A stretch of 34,040 nucleotides of DNA from Phoronis australis (taxonomy: Eukaryota > Animalia > Phoronida): assembly GCA_002633005.1 (NCBI GenBank), contig NMRA01000254.1:561102-595141 (forward strand), read 5' to 3'. The first letter of the stretch is position 1, and each line of letters opens with the position of its first letter. The notes below the pieces were generated by a model that saw only the letters and a list, made by a program, of their open reading frames with translations, was not told the origin of the DNA and made no database searches. This document shows, piece after piece, positions 34,031 to 34,040 of the stretch. Made by a program: the position numbers and the translations under genes.

Positions 34031-34040
34031 GGGATCAAGC

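Overview
This is eukaryotic DNA, AT-rich (roughly 37-38% GC by eye), intron-rich and repeat-dense. It is most consistent with a marine invertebrate genome (inference from the transposon families and the TACATGTA enrichment). One host gene is supported: a spliced minus-strand Ser/Thr protein kinase with exons 18005-17898, 15884-15588, 11031-10857, 10596-10424 and probably 9886-9875, about 254 aa. All catalytic motifs are intact, but the C-lobe appears to lack subdomain X/helix alphaG. The rest is decayed transposons: a YqaJ-exonuclease remnant (ISL2EU-type), THAP remnants, two TTAA-flanked Kolobok-type elements (one nested in a Tx1/L1-type LINE), a Mutator-like MITE with a second diverged copy, an 88-bp Harbinger-like MITE, and a decayed Academ element (transposase, XPG-like nuclease, Cys-rich tail). 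The most unusual pattern is about 31 copies of the palindrome TACATGTA. Three of them sit as apparent insertions in fossil reading frames, suggesting a pervasive excision-footprint or insertion process. No rRNA, tRNA or CRISPR is supported. Most ORFs in the supplied track are spurious. I see no clear novel multi-gene system.
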